A program made the translations under genes and the position numbers. A stretch of 64,000 bases of DNA. It comes from Ignavibacteriales bacterium. GTDB taxonomy: Bacteria > Bacteroidota > Ignavibacteria > UBA10030 > SZUA-254. Shown one piece after another: positions 27,985-38,257 of this stretch (within the stretch, counting starts at the first letter, position 1; every line of letters begins with the position of its first letter). The DNA lies in NCBI GenBank assembly GCA_016218025.1, contig JACRFD010000038.1, positions 136,874 to 200,873 of the forward strand, in the 5' to 3' direction. A model generated the notes under the pieces. The model was not told the DNA's origin, did not search any database, and saw nothing but the letters and a program-made list of their open reading frames with translations.

Positions 27985-30153
27985 ATGGAATTATTAATAA
28001 TTATAGGGATTAGTGTTGTTGGATTGTTATTCGCCCTGTATCTTATCCGCGATGTACTTCGTAGAGATACCGGAACAGAGCGGATGCAGGAAATTTCCAA
28101 CGCTATAAAACAAGGGGCTGAGGCGTTTCTCCGCCGTCAAAATCGTACAATTGTTCTGCTTGCGATTGCTCTCGCTTTTCTTATTTATATTTTATATGCA
28201 TTCGTCCGCACTCCTTTGCCGGAACATGACCCGGCAAGTGCCGCTGATCTTGCTCTATGGACAACGCTCTCTTTTCTTTTTGGAGCAGCATGTTCGGTTG
28301 CATCGGGTTATATGGGCATGTGGGTTGCAATACGAAGTAATATTCGTACTGCTTCTGCCGCAAGAAACAATATGAATGATGCATTGCAGGCGGCATTGCG
28401 AGGGGGAGCTGTATCGGGATTTTTCGTTGTTGCTTTAAGTTTACTTGGAGTTGCAGGATTATTTGCTATTGTACAATCTGTTGGTGTAACCACCGATCCA
28501 ACCAAGATTCCCTTACTGATAGTCGGATATGGATTTGGTGCAAGTTTTGTCGCTCTGTTTGCACAACTCGGGGGAGGTATTTACACTAAAGCGGCAGATG
28601 TTGGTGCCGACCTCGTAGGGAAAGTTGAAGCCGGAATCCCGGAAGACGATCCACGAAACCCGGCTGTTATTGCAGATCTGGTAGGTGATAATGTTGGAGA
28701 TTGTGCCGGTCGTGGCGCAGATCTTTTTGAATCCACTGCCGCCGAAAATATCGGTGCAATGATTCTCGCTGCGGGACTTTACCGTGCCAATACTCAATAC
28801 TTTATCGATAATAATTTATCTCTTTTAGGTGTTATTCTATTCCCGTTAGTTGCACGTGCATTTGGAATTATTGCCTCTATTATTGGAATTATGTCTGTGA
28901 GGACTGATGAAAATAAAGATCCTATGAAGGCACTTAATCGTGGATATTTTGTTACAGCCATTCTCGCAATTGTTGGATTTTTTATTGCATCGCAATGGCT
29001 GCTTGGTCAGAATTATTTTAACTTCTTCATCGCAGGTGTTATCGGTGTTCTAACATCTGTTGCTTTCGTTTATATCACACAATATTATACAGAGTACCAT
29101 TACAGACCGGTTAAATCTATTGCGGAATCATCTCAAACCGGACCTGCAACAAATATTATTTCGGGAATTGCTGTTGGTATGGAATCAACAGGATATCCGA
29201 TATTTGTTATCGCTGGTGCTCTTGTTAGTTCATATATGCTCGGTAATTCATCGGGCTTACATGAAGGCGGTTTATTCGGAACTGCAGTTGCAACAATGGG
29301 TATGTTAGGAACAGCGGCATACATTCTTGCGATGGATACATTCGGTCCGATTACAGATAATGCCGGTGGCATCGTTGAGATGAGTCAGCAATCGGAAGAG
29401 ATTCGCAAACGAACTGACCGGCTCGATTCAGTTGGAAACACAACAAAAGCATTAACAAAAGGTTATGCAGTCGGTTCGGCAGCGCTTGCCGCATTCTTGC
29501 TTTTTGGTGCGTACATGGATGAAGTAAAAAATTACATGCCCTCATTTCAACCTGTTATCAATTTAAACAAGCCTGAAGTATTTGTCGGAGCGATGCTCGG
29601 TTCTGTATTGGTTTATATTTTCTCTTCGCTCGCTATTAAAGCCGTTGGAAAAGCTGCATATGCAATAATTAATAATGTACGTGAACAATTCAGGAATAAT
29701 CCTGGCATCATGCAAGGCACGTCAAAACCTGATTACGGTCAGTGTGTTGATATTGCAACAAAAGCAGCTCTTCGAAAAATGGTTTTGCCCGGTGTGTTGG
29801 TTGTTGGAATGACCGTTGGTGTTGGGATTGTTTTTAAATGGCTCTATTATGCAGGAGGACAATCTGCCCATGGTGCAAGTGGTGCAGAAGTTATTGGTGG
29901 ATTCCTCATGGCGGGAACGATAACGGGAATTTTAATGGCGCTGTTTTTAAATAACAGCGGCGGTGCCTGGGACAATGCAAAAAAATATATCGAAACGGGA
30001 ATGTACGGAGGCAAGAGATCTGATCCACACAAAGCATCAGTAGTCGGTGATACAGTGGGTGATCCGTTCAAGGATACTGCTGGTCCATCTTTACATGTGT
30101 TAATAAAATTATTATCAACTATCACATTGGTACTGGCGCCGTTGTTCATTTGA
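27985..30153 (+). CDS. hppA: Membrane-bound ion-translocating pyrophosphatase (H+/Na+-PPase)
   Basis: 722 aa; GDNVGDCAGRGADLFES, DNAGGIVEM and GGAWDNAKKYIE signatures. Confidence 0.93.
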   Translation: MELLIIIGISVVGLLFALYLIRDVLRRDTGTERMQEISNAIKQGAEAFLRRQNRTIVLLAIALAFLIYILYAFVRTPLPEHDPASAADLALWTTLSFLFGAACSVASGYMGMWVAIRSNIRTASAARNNMNDALQAALRGGAVSGFFVVALSLLGVAGLFAIVQSVGVTTDPTKIPLLIVGYGFGASFVALFAQLGGGIYTKAADVGADLVGKVEAGIPEDDPRNPAVIADLVGDNVGDCAGRGADLFESTAAENIGAMILAAGLYRANTQYFIDNNLSLLGVILFPLVARAFGIIASIIGIMSVRTDENKDPMKALNRGYFVTAILAIVGFFIASQWLLGQNYFNFFIAGVIGVLTSVAFVYITQYYTEYHYRPVKSIAESSQTGPATNIISGIAVGMESTGYPIFVIAGALVSSYMLGNSSGLHEGGLFGTAVATMGMLGTAAYILAMDTFGPITDNAGGIVEMSQQSEEIRKRTDRLDSVGNTTKALTKGYAVGSAALAAFLLFGAYMDEVKNYMPSFQPVINLNKPEVFVGAMLGSVLVYIFSSLAIKAVGKAAYAIINNVREQFRNNPGIMQGTSKPDYGQCVDIATKAALRKMVLPGVLVVGMTVGVGIVFKWLYYAGGQSAHGASGAEVIGGFLMAGTITGILMALFLNNSGGAWDNAKKYIETGMYGGKRSDPHKASVVGDTVGDPFKDTAGPSLHVLIKLLSTITLVLAPLFI

Positions 30154-30277
30154 TTAAGAAATTTTTCAAGTAGGGATTATTAGATGAAGCGATCCGATAA
30201 TCCCTATTAACAAATATTTTAAGAAGGTAAGGGTCTTGTTTATTTTTATGTCAAAAAATTAAACAAAAAATGATTTC

Positions 30278-30306
30278 TTGCCTATTTCACAAATTTTCAG
30301 TAAATT
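30278..30306 (+). promoter_or_regulatory. Candidate promoter TTGCCT-17-TAAATT upstream of rplM
   Basis: Hexamers read from sequence; weaker than consensus. Confidence 0.3.
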
Positions 30307-30359
30307 TAATAAGTTATTTTTGATAACCTATCAATTTTTATCAATTTCAAGGATTTTCC

Positions 30360-30803
30360 GTGGCATTAGCACAAAGAATTACACATTCATTCAGAGAAGA
30401 CGAGGTTACACAGAAGTGGTACCTTGTTGATGCAACCGGTCAAACATTAGGCAGAGTTGCCAGCCGGATTGCACATGTTCTACGAGGAAAAAATAAACCA
30501 CAATTTACTCCGAACGCCGATTGCGGTGATTATGTTGTTGTAATCAACGCTGATAAAGTTAAGATTGCCGCAAAACGTGAAGAGCAAAAAACTTATTTCC
30601 ATCATACACTTTACCCTGCAGGCGCAACTGTTGAGAGTTATCGGGAACTGATGAAGACTGATCCGGAACGGATTGTTACGATGGCAGTTAAAGGAATGAT
30701 CCCGCACAATCGTCTGGGTGTGAGAGTAATTAAAAAATTAAAAGTGTACCGCGGAACCGAGCATCCACATCAAGCTCAAAAACCCGAACCATTGAAGTTT
30801 TAA
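30360..30803 (+). CDS. rplM: 50S ribosomal protein L13
   Basis: WYLVDATGQTLGRVASRIAHVLRGKNKP; GTG start per ORF track. Confidence 0.9.
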   Translation: MALAQRITHSFREDEVTQKWYLVDATGQTLGRVASRIAHVLRGKNKPQFTPNADCGDYVVVINADKVKIAAKREEQKTYFHHTLYPAGATVESYRELMKTDPERIVTMAVKGMIPHNRLGVRVIKKLKVYRGTEHPHQAQKPEPLKF

Positions 30804-30815
30804 TCAGGAGTATAA

Positions 30816-31208
30816 ATGGCAATACAGCAAAGAATAGCAGTTGGCAGAAGAAAAACATCAGTTGCACGTGTAATATTAAAACCCGGTTCAGGTGAAGTAA
30901 TCATTAATAATGATCCGTTGGAAAAATATTTCCCGATCGAAACATTAAAGACAGAGGTTCTTCTTCCGTTTACCGTTACTGAAACAATGGGAAAATACGA
31001 TGTTGATGCAATCGTCAACGGCGGCGGAACAAGCGGTCAGGCTGGTGCCGTGAAACTTGGTATCTCGCGAGCACTTGTCGATTTGAATAATGAATTAAGA
31101 ACCAAACTTCGTGAGTTCGATCTTTTAACAAGAGATTCACGAATGGTTGAACGGAAAAAATACGGACAACGCAAAGCCCGTAAGAGATTCCAGTTCAGTA
31201 AGAGATAA
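30816..31208 (+). CDS. rpsI: 30S ribosomal protein S9
   Basis: C-terminal [19 protein letters not shown]...[12 protein letters not shown]. Confidence 0.93.
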   Translation: MAIQQRIAVGRRKTSVARVILKPGSGEVIINNDPLEKYFPIETLKTEVLLPFTVTETMGKYDVDAIVNGGGTSGQAGAVKLGISRALVDLNNELRTKLREFDLLTRDSRMVERKKYGQRKARKRFQFSKR

Positions 31209-31409
31209 TTTTTTAGTAAATGAGTATGTGAGTATGTAAGTGTATGAGATTGAGAAGAGAAATTCACTCAATTACTCAGATACTAAACTACTCAAATACT
31301 TAATAAATCAAACATACTTTCTGATTTTGAGGGAAGTGTTTCGTATTAAGCGGAATCCCTTCAAGAGATGACGGAAGTAGAAGAAACAACTAACATATAG
31401 GAGTAATAA

Positions 31410-32162
31410 ATGCCACGTATAGAACTAACCGAACTACTCGATGCCGGAGCTCACTTCGGACATCTCACACGCCGTTGGAATCCCAAAATGAAACCGTTCA
31501 TATTTATGGAACGGAACGGTATACATATAATCGATCTGAAGAAAACACAGGAATTGTTAGAAGGTGCAGCTAATGCTCTAGCAGGTATTATCGGTGAAGG
31601 TAAAAAAGTGCTTTTTGTCGGTACTAAAAGTCAGGCATCTGTTGTAATTGAAGAAGAAGCAAAACGCTGCGGTGCTTTTTATACATCATCACGCTGGCTT
31701 GGCGGAATGCTGACAAATTTTTCAACAATCAGAAAGAGTGTGAAGCGTTTACAAAACATCGAGAAGATGGAAACAGACGGAACTTACGATAAGATCACAA
31801 AGAAAGAAGCTTTGGTGCTGGACCGTGAAAAAGAGAAATTATCCGACGTTCTTTCGGGTGTTGTTGATATGACACGGTTACCAGGTGCGCTTTTTGTAGT
31901 TGATATAAAGAAAGAAGAAATCTCGGTACGTGAAGCAAAGAGGCTGGGAATCCCGGTTTTTGCGATTGTAGATACCAATTGTGATCCCACATTCGTTGAT
32001 TACCCGATACCTGCGAACGATGATGCTATAAAATCTATACAGGCAATCACAAGAGTGATTGCAGATTCGGTACTGGAAGGACAAGAACGTATAAGTGCGA
32101 TGCAACAAGCACTTGATGAACAGCAGCGGGAATCAGAAGAAGCAAAACCAAAGAAGAAATAA
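31410..32162 (+). CDS. rpsB: 30S ribosomal protein S2
   Basis: [24 protein letters not shown]...IHIIDL. Confidence 0.93.
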   Translation: MPRIELTELLDAGAHFGHLTRRWNPKMKPFIFMERNGIHIIDLKKTQELLEGAANALAGIIGEGKKVLFVGTKSQASVVIEEEAKRCGAFYTSSRWLGGMLTNFSTIRKSVKRLQNIEKMETDGTYDKITKKEALVLDREKEKLSDVLSGVVDMTRLPGALFVVDIKKEEISVREAKRLGIPVFAIVDTNCDPTFVDYPIPANDDAIKSIQAITRVIADSVLEGQERISAMQQALDEQQRESEEAKPKKK

Positions 32163-32200
32163 TTTTTGAAAAATCATTTATAGAACAAGAGTGAACAGTT

Positions 32201-32800
32201 ATGGAAATTACATCAGATCAAGTTAAAACATTAAGAGATAAAACCGGCGCCGGTATGATGGATTGCAAGAAAGCGCTTGCAGAGTCGAACGGCGATTTGG
32301 AAAAAGCAATAGATTTTCTCAGAAAAAAAGGTGCGGCTACAGCAGAGAAGAGAGCAGACCGTGCAACCAATCAGGGTATAATTGAGGCATATATTCATGC
32401 CGGAGGAAGAATCGGCACGATGGTTGAGCTCAACTGTGAAACTGATTTCGTTGCGAAGACCGATGATTTCAAATTATTAGCCCGTGAAATTGCAATGCAG
32501 ATTGCAGCAATGAATCCTCTTTATATTACGCGGGAAGATGTTCCAAAAGATGTCATGGATCATGAATTGGAAATTTATCGTACTCAGGCATTGAACGAAA
32601 AGAAACCAGAGCAGGTTGTTAACAGAATAGCCGAAGGAAAATTAGAGAAATATTATCAGGAATTTTGCCTGGCAGAACAAATTTATATTAAAGATTCCGG
32701 GAAGACAATTAAAGATTTAATTCTCGAAATCATGGCCAAGACAGGAGAGAAGATAACGATCCGGAGATTCAAACGATTTCATCTGGGTGAAAATTCATAA
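32201..32800 (+). CDS. tsf: Elongation factor Ts (short form)
   Basis: VKTLRDKTGAGMMDCKKAL...GRIGTMVELNCETDFVAKTDDF. Confidence 0.9.
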   Translation: MEITSDQVKTLRDKTGAGMMDCKKALAESNGDLEKAIDFLRKKGAATAEKRADRATNQGIIEAYIHAGGRIGTMVELNCETDFVAKTDDFKLLAREIAMQIAAMNPLYITREDVPKDVMDHELEIYRTQALNEKKPEQVVNRIAEGKLEKYYQEFCLAEQIYIKDSGKTIKDLILEIMAKTGEKITIRRFKRFHLGENS

Positions 32801-32813
32801 ACAAAATATTAAA

Positions 32814-32840
32814 GGTCTCGCGTTCGTGAGACCTTTTTTG
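32814..32840 (+). terminator. Intrinsic terminator ggtctcgcg-ttcg-tgagacc plus TTTTTTG
   Basis: GC-rich stem and U-tract just after the tsf stop. Confidence 0.7.
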
Positions 32841-32848
32841 TATAAAGT

Positions 32849-33583
32849 ATGAAAAATAATAAAATAGTATTTAGAAGAATTCTCCTTAAAGTGAGCGGTG
32901 AAGCTTTGATGGGAGAAAAAGAATTCGGTATCGATTCTAATATCCTGAATAAATTTGCAAATGAAATTGCAGGTGTACAAAAACTCGGGATTGAAATAGG
33001 AATTGTTATCGGCGGCGGAAATATTTATCGCGGTGTTGAAAACTCTTCAGACGGGGTTGATAAAGTTACGGGCGATCATATGGGAATGCTTGCAACCATT
33101 ATTAACGGGCTTGCACTCCAGAGTGCCCTTGAGCATCAAGGAGTATTTACCCGCTTGATGAGTCCGATAAACATGGAAGAGATGGCGGAACCTTTTATAC
33201 GAAGGCGTGCTATAAGACACCTTGAAAAAGGAAGGGTGGTAATTTTCGGAGCAGGGACAGGCAATCCGTACTTTACAACAGATTCTGCAGCAGCTTTAAG
33301 AGCGATGGAGATTAATGCCGATGTAATTATAAAAGCTACACGCGTTGATGGAGTATATGATTCGGATCCGGAAAAAAATAAAAAAGCAATCAAGTTCGAT
33401 GAAATATCATATCAAAATGTTCTTGATAAGGATTTAAAGATAATGGATCTGACTGCCATTACTTTATGCAAAGAAAATCTGATGCCGATTATAGTTTTTA
33501 ATTTTAATATTGCAGGTAATCTAAAAAGTTTAGTTCAGGGTAAAAAAGTCGGTACCCTCGTTCATTCAAAAAAAGGAAAATAA
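32849..33583 (+). CDS. pyrH: UMP kinase
   Basis: [13 protein letters not shown]...[10 protein letters not shown]...[17 protein letters not shown]. Confidence 0.93.
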   Translation: MKNNKIVFRRILLKVSGEALMGEKEFGIDSNILNKFANEIAGVQKLGIEIGIVIGGGNIYRGVENSSDGVDKVTGDHMGMLATIINGLALQSALEHQGVFTRLMSPINMEEMAEPFIRRRAIRHLEKGRVVIFGAGTGNPYFTTDSAAALRAMEINADVIIKATRVDGVYDSDPEKNKKAIKFDEISYQNVLDKDLKIMDLTAITLCKENLMPIIVFNFNIAGNLKSLVQGKKVGTLVHSKKGK

Positions 33584-33617
33584 TAATTACGCTTGTCTAA
33601 CAATAGAAGGAACAAGT

Positions 33618-34175
33618 ATGATAAAAGATATTATTAAACAAACCGAAGATAAAATGCACAAAGCAGTTGAGGTTGTGCGGCATGAATTTATCAAGATAAG
33701 AACAGGTAAAGCTACAACTGCATTACTTGATGGTGTAAAGGTGGATTATTACGGTCAACAATCACCGTTAACTCAAGTTGCAAATGTCAGCGTTAAAGAT
33801 ATTCATACAATTTCGGTTCAACCGTGGGATAAGACTATGGTTCAACCGATTGAGAAAGCAATATTAGCTGCAAATCTCGGTTTAAATCCGATTGCAGATT
33901 CAACCGGAATCCGTGTTCCGATTCCACCGTTGAATGAAGAACGCAGAAAAGAATTGGTTAAGTTAGTTAAGAAATTCGCAGAGGAAGGCAAAATTGCAAT
34001 TCGGAATATTCGCAGGGATTCAATCGAGCACTTAAAAAAATCCGAAAAGGATGAACATTTTTCGGAAGATGACAGAAAACGTGCAGAACAGGATGTTCAG
34101 AAAATGACAGATAAATTTATCAAAGATGTTGATAATTTAGTAGTCATAAAAGAAAAAGAAATAATGGAAGTTTAA
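33618..34175 (+). CDS. frr: Ribosome recycling factor
   Basis: 185 aa; IRTGKATTALLDGVKVDYYG...IRNIRRD. Confidence 0.93.
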   Translation: MIKDIIKQTEDKMHKAVEVVRHEFIKIRTGKATTALLDGVKVDYYGQQSPLTQVANVSVKDIHTISVQPWDKTMVQPIEKAILAANLGLNPIADSTGIRVPIPPLNEERRKELVKLVKKFAEEGKIAIRNIRRDSIEHLKKSEKDEHFSEDDRKRAEQDVQKMTDKFIKDVDNLVVIKEKEIMEV

Positions 34176-34206
34176 TAGTTCAATAATTGTAAATTATTAT
34201 TTTAAC

Positions 34207-34240
34207 AAATGCCGGTTCATTGAAAGAATCGGCATTTTAC
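34207..34240 (+). terminator. Hairpin aaatgccg..cggcattt plus TTT after frr
   Basis: 8-bp stem with 15-nt loop; weaker U-tract. Confidence 0.4.
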
Positions 34241-34344
34241 ATTAAGTATGTTGGAACACAGAAAAAATCTGATCTCTAAATTATTGCAACTTTTTTACTC
34301 AGAGAATCGTAATATAAGTTAGAATATGCAGAAAGCAGGCTAAA

Positions 34345-35034
34345 ATGGAATCAAATGGACATATTGACCGCCGGTTATACAAGTCGAGACGGAATAAGTG
34401 GATCGACGGTGTCTGTGGCGGTATTGCAGAGTATTTTGACGTTGATCCTACGATAGTCAGACTGCTATGGGTTCTCGTTACTCTTATGGGCGGTTCCGGA
34501 TTTATCTTGTATATAGTCGGTATGATAATCATGCCCGTAAACCCCGAGCATCTGGCAACGGTTCAAACATCATCCTCGCCACCTGCAAATGGAGCTGATA
34601 AAAAACGGTTCTTCGGAGTAATGCTGGTGCTAACAGGAGCGTTCTTATTACTTCTAAACATTGGATGGTTCTGGGGATTTAGTTGGTGGTCTTTTTCTCG
34701 TACCGTTATGTTGCCGGTGCTGTTTATACTATTAGGCGCATTTTTTATATATCTTCACTCTTCTAAAAAGAAAGATAATAATTCAACAACTGCAGAGGAA
34801 TCAGCTAAACCGGGCTTAACTGGGGACGGGCAAAAAGAATTACGGAGATGCAGAGCAAACCGGAAATTGTTCGGTGTATGCTGTGGACTGGCAAAATATT
34901 TTGGTATAGATCCAACTTTGGTCAGGTTCATATTCGTTGGACTGATATTATTATCATTTGGCTGGGGTTTATTAATCTATATAATTTTGGGTATTATAAT
35001 GCCTGAAGAAAAATTATCTGTAACATCTGCATAA
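34345..35034 (+). CDS. PspC-domain protein with two tandem PspC domains
   Basis: WIDGVCGGIAEYFDVDPTIVRLLWV... and LFGVCCGLAKYFGIDPTLVRFIFV... each followed by a TM helix. Confidence 0.8.
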   Translation: MESNGHIDRRLYKSRRNKWIDGVCGGIAEYFDVDPTIVRLLWVLVTLMGGSGFILYIVGMIIMPVNPEHLATVQTSSSPPANGADKKRFFGVMLVLTGAFLLLLNIGWFWGFSWWSFSRTVMLPVLFILLGAFFIYLHSSKKKDNNSTTAEESAKPGLTGDGQKELRRCRANRKLFGVCCGLAKYFGIDPTLVRFIFVGLILLSFGWGLLIYIILGIIMPEEKLSVTSA

Positions 35035-35044
35035 GGAATTTTAT

Positions 35045-35602
35045 ATGAATGGAAATGTAAAGAAAATATCATGGTTCGGGATCGTTCTTGTTGTAATCGG
35101 TATTTTCATGCTGCTCGATAGGTTTGATTATATTCAATTCAAATTTTCAGTAATATTCTGGCCCCTGATGATGCTGTTGGGAATCGTGGGTGTAAGCAGA
35201 GGATTCAATTTAAATAAGCGAGGAAAAATATTCTGGGGAACAACTCTGTTCCTTTATTCATTGTTTTTCCTTCTCAAATCTATTGATTATTTTGAGATAT
35301 ATTCACAAACATTTTTTCCCGCAACGTTTCTAGTATTCGGAATTTCATTCTTCATGCTCTATATCAATAACATGAAAGACTGGCCCTTTTTAATTCCTTC
35401 TCTTCTCCTCATAGCTGTAGGCGGCTCATTCATATTGACTGAATATGGATATTTATACAGGTGGGATGTTATCGATGCTGTTAGGACTTATTGGCCCGTT
35501 GTATTAATTCTAACAGGAATCGGACTTTTATTTCGTCGGTATAACCCTTCGCCGGAGGCGCCGGTATTGAAGAATGAAATAGAAGGAAATGAATCCAAAT
35601 AA
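35045..35602 (+). CDS. Multi-pass membrane protein (LiaF/DUF5668-like partner of PspC proteins)
   Basis: 185 aa; 5-6 helices; immediately downstream of the PspC gene. Confidence 0.5.
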   Translation: MNGNVKKISWFGIVLVVIGIFMLLDRFDYIQFKFSVIFWPLMMLLGIVGVSRGFNLNKRGKIFWGTTLFLYSLFFLLKSIDYFEIYSQTFFPATFLVFGISFFMLYINNMKDWPFLIPSLLLIAVGGSFILTEYGYLYRWDVIDAVRTYWPVVLILTGIGLLFRRYNPSPEAPVLKNEIEGNESK

Positions 35603-35607
35603 AATCT

Positions 35608-38172
35608 TTATTTTATAAAATTCACTTTACCGCTAAGTAAATTTTCTCCTATTTTCAACTTATAAAAATAAGTTCCGGTTGGAACAATTCTTCCGCGATC
35701 ATCTGTGGCATCCCATCGCATCAAATAATTACCTGATGGTAGAGTCTCTTTCAGGAGGCTTTTTACGATTTGACCATTGATATTATAGATCGTTAATTCA
35801 ATTACTGAATTTGTCATTGAAGATGGAATGCTGAAATTTATTATGGTTGATGAATTAAAAGGATTCGGATAACATGGTTTCAAATTTGCATATTGCGGAA
35901 GATTCGGAGTTGAATTGTTATTCACAGACGTAAACAAATTTGTTCCCGTTGGTAGTTTGCTACCGGTTGAGTCGGCCAGATATAAATTAACAAATGGAGG
36001 ACGATTTGATTGAAGCAAATATGAATATATCCACTCTTCATCTGAGAGGCGTAAGAAATTTGTCGACAAATATTCATGATAGCTTGAGACCGGACCAACA
36101 AATGCAGTAACCCGTCCAACTGGTTGAGTGGCGATAAATAATCCTGTGTTTATTTTTCCGGTACCTGCATGCAAGACCCAGCCGACCGGATATCCTGCAG
36201 CATCAGTTGGGGCAGTATGAACATCTGCAACCAAATAATCTTTCTTACAGAACACTCCGCCTTGTCCTTCCTCACCGTAAAATAATTGTGGATACCAGCC
36301 TCCATACGTTGGCACACATCCGAATTCGCTTGTTAATACTCTACGTAAAAAACTCAGTTCATGTTCAGAAAATGGTGTAGATGATAATTCATTTATTGCA
36401 ATCGTCTCGAGTGTATCCATTACAGAATACATGTTATTATAATAAGAAACGATAATATCTCGTGTGTATGAATAGGGGAAAGAGAATGTTTGAATTTTCG
36501 TTCTTGCCTTTTCTGCAAATCTTTTAACAGCATTATAAAAATAAGGATTTGGTTCAACATATGTATAAGGAAATGAACAAACTGCGCCACCTGTGTACGA
36601 TTGTTTAGCATACAAAAGATTATCATGCCGAAGCTCTGTCCACGATGCAAGCTGAGTATTTATTTTTTCTTGCCACCAAGCAGCTGTTTGCATAAAAGGT
36701 GGGAGTGAATCACGATTAACAGGTGGATTCAGGGTTCGGATTACAGCCAGCCACAGATTGAAAAGGGAACTATTCCAGAATTCTGATTCATAATGGTCAA
36801 CAAGATATCTTAAAGCGGCAAGGTTGCTTCCGTATTTGTATTGATCCAATTCATCTTTCAATAACTGTGCGGCTGCATCATTCCCCAAGGCGAATAAAAC
36901 ATCTAGTGTTGATGGAAGCATACGTCGGATTTTAGTATTATTAAACTTAATTTTGTCATAAACTACCTGACCAGTTATATATGAATCGATTATGAATCGT
37001 TGTCCTAAAAGCATAAAAGCGGAAGCAGGTGTGATACTATCCGGACTTAAATCGTCTGCCGTCAAGATTTGCGATAAGATTCTTTGGAAAGCAAACGATC
37101 TGGTTCTTAATGTGTCTTGAAATTCTTTTACTTTATTGGTATCAAGAAACTGCTCAGCTGAAGTTATATTCATCGCTGAAGTTACCGTCTCGAAATTATT
37201 TAACGTAACATTATCCGATTCCCCGACGAAAAATTCTATGATCTCGTTGATTTCTTCCAGAACCGGTGAAGCGTTCGATATCCGGGAAGCTTCAAGTATT
37301 AGTTCTGCATCTATCACCTGTCTGCCAATATCTTCTATTGGAATCGCCAAAGCATCAACAGATTGAGGTGCTAGTAAATAAAATTCTGTGCGTCCTAACC
37401 ATATCATTGCTTTAAAATATTTTGCAAGCTGTGGTAGATCAGGATTTGTATAATGTCCCCGAACTTTGAATTGACTGAAATCTATCGTTCTATCCACGTT
37501 GGAGAATAGTTTATACATCTTCGGTTGCTCTTCTTCAATTAGTGAATTCAACTCAGAGATTGTTGCCTCATTCTCGGCATAATAAGGAGAGGCGGTAGTA
37601 TTCAGCAGTTTTCGTGGGATTGTAAGATATATATCAACATCTCGGAGCATCTGTTGCATCGCCGGATTTTGGGAATAGATTGAATCGAGTGCCGGTATGG
37701 TCGAATGAAGAAGTGTAAGCAAAGAATCTAATTGCCGAATCAAAATAGTTCGTTCTACATCAATTAATATTTTGTCATAAGATTTATGTAGGGCATGCAA
37801 AATCGCATCTGTCGAAATGAAAATCGGTAAATCTTTATGCCAGATATCGATGATGGCATTCCCGAAAGATTCATGTGATAACCGTTCAGTAACTACAAAT
37901 CCATTTTTATTTAAGAGAGAAATTTCTGATTCAGTGATATTATATTTAGCAATTATACTATCGAGATATAAAATATTTGATGGAGGGGAAGTAATTCCGG
38001 TTTTGAAAGAATCTGTCCCGTACAATTTATAGAGTTGATCTGTAGTAAGGTTATTGTTGATTGAAAGGAATTGACTATACACATTCAGATCGAAGTTCAC
38101 AATTTGAGCAGTCGAAATATTTAAGGTGAGGAAACAAATTAACGGCAGAAGAATAACGTTATAATATTTCAT
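35608..38172 (-). CDS. Large secreted hypothetical protein with T9SS C-terminal sorting domain
   Basis: 854 aa; signal peptide MKYYNVILLPLICFLTLNISTAQ; C-terminal CYPNPFNSSTIINFSIP...IELTIYNINGQIVKSL...GTYFYKL is a type-A Por-secretion CTD. Confidence 0.75.
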   Translation of the reverse strand: MKYYNVILLPLICFLTLNISTAQIVNFDLNVYSQFLSINNNLTTDQLYKLYGTDSFKTGITSPPSNILYLDSIIAKYNITESEISLLNKNGFVVTERLSHESFGNAIIDIWHKDLPIFISTDAILHALHKSYDKILIDVERTILIRQLDSLLTLLHSTIPALDSIYSQNPAMQQMLRDVDIYLTIPRKLLNTTASPYYAENEATISELNSLIEEEQPKMYKLFSNVDRTIDFSQFKVRGHYTNPDLPQLAKYFKAMIWLGRTEFYLLAPQSVDALAIPIEDIGRQVIDAELILEASRISNASPVLEEINEIIEFFVGESDNVTLNNFETVTSAMNITSAEQFLDTNKVKEFQDTLRTRSFAFQRILSQILTADDLSPDSITPASAFMLLGQRFIIDSYITGQVVYDKIKFNNTKIRRMLPSTLDVLFALGNDAAAQLLKDELDQYKYGSNLAALRYLVDHYESEFWNSSLFNLWLAVIRTLNPPVNRDSLPPFMQTAAWWQEKINTQLASWTELRHDNLLYAKQSYTGGAVCSFPYTYVEPNPYFYNAVKRFAEKARTKIQTFSFPYSYTRDIIVSYYNNMYSVMDTLETIAINELSSTPFSEHELSFLRRVLTSEFGCVPTYGGWYPQLFYGEEGQGGVFCKKDYLVADVHTAPTDAAGYPVGWVLHAGTGKINTGLFIATQPVGRVTAFVGPVSSYHEYLSTNFLRLSDEEWIYSYLLQSNRPPFVNLYLADSTGSKLPTGTNLFTSVNNNSTPNLPQYANLKPCYPNPFNSSTIINFSIPSSMTNSVIELTIYNINGQIVKSLLKETLPSGNYLMRWDATDDRGRIVPTGTYFYKLKIGENLLSGKVNFIK

Positions 38173-38257
38173 ATAACCTCCAATAATGAAACGATAAACT
38201 TGTTAACTACTTCGAAACAATATATGAAACTAAATAAACAAAATCAATACAAAATCT

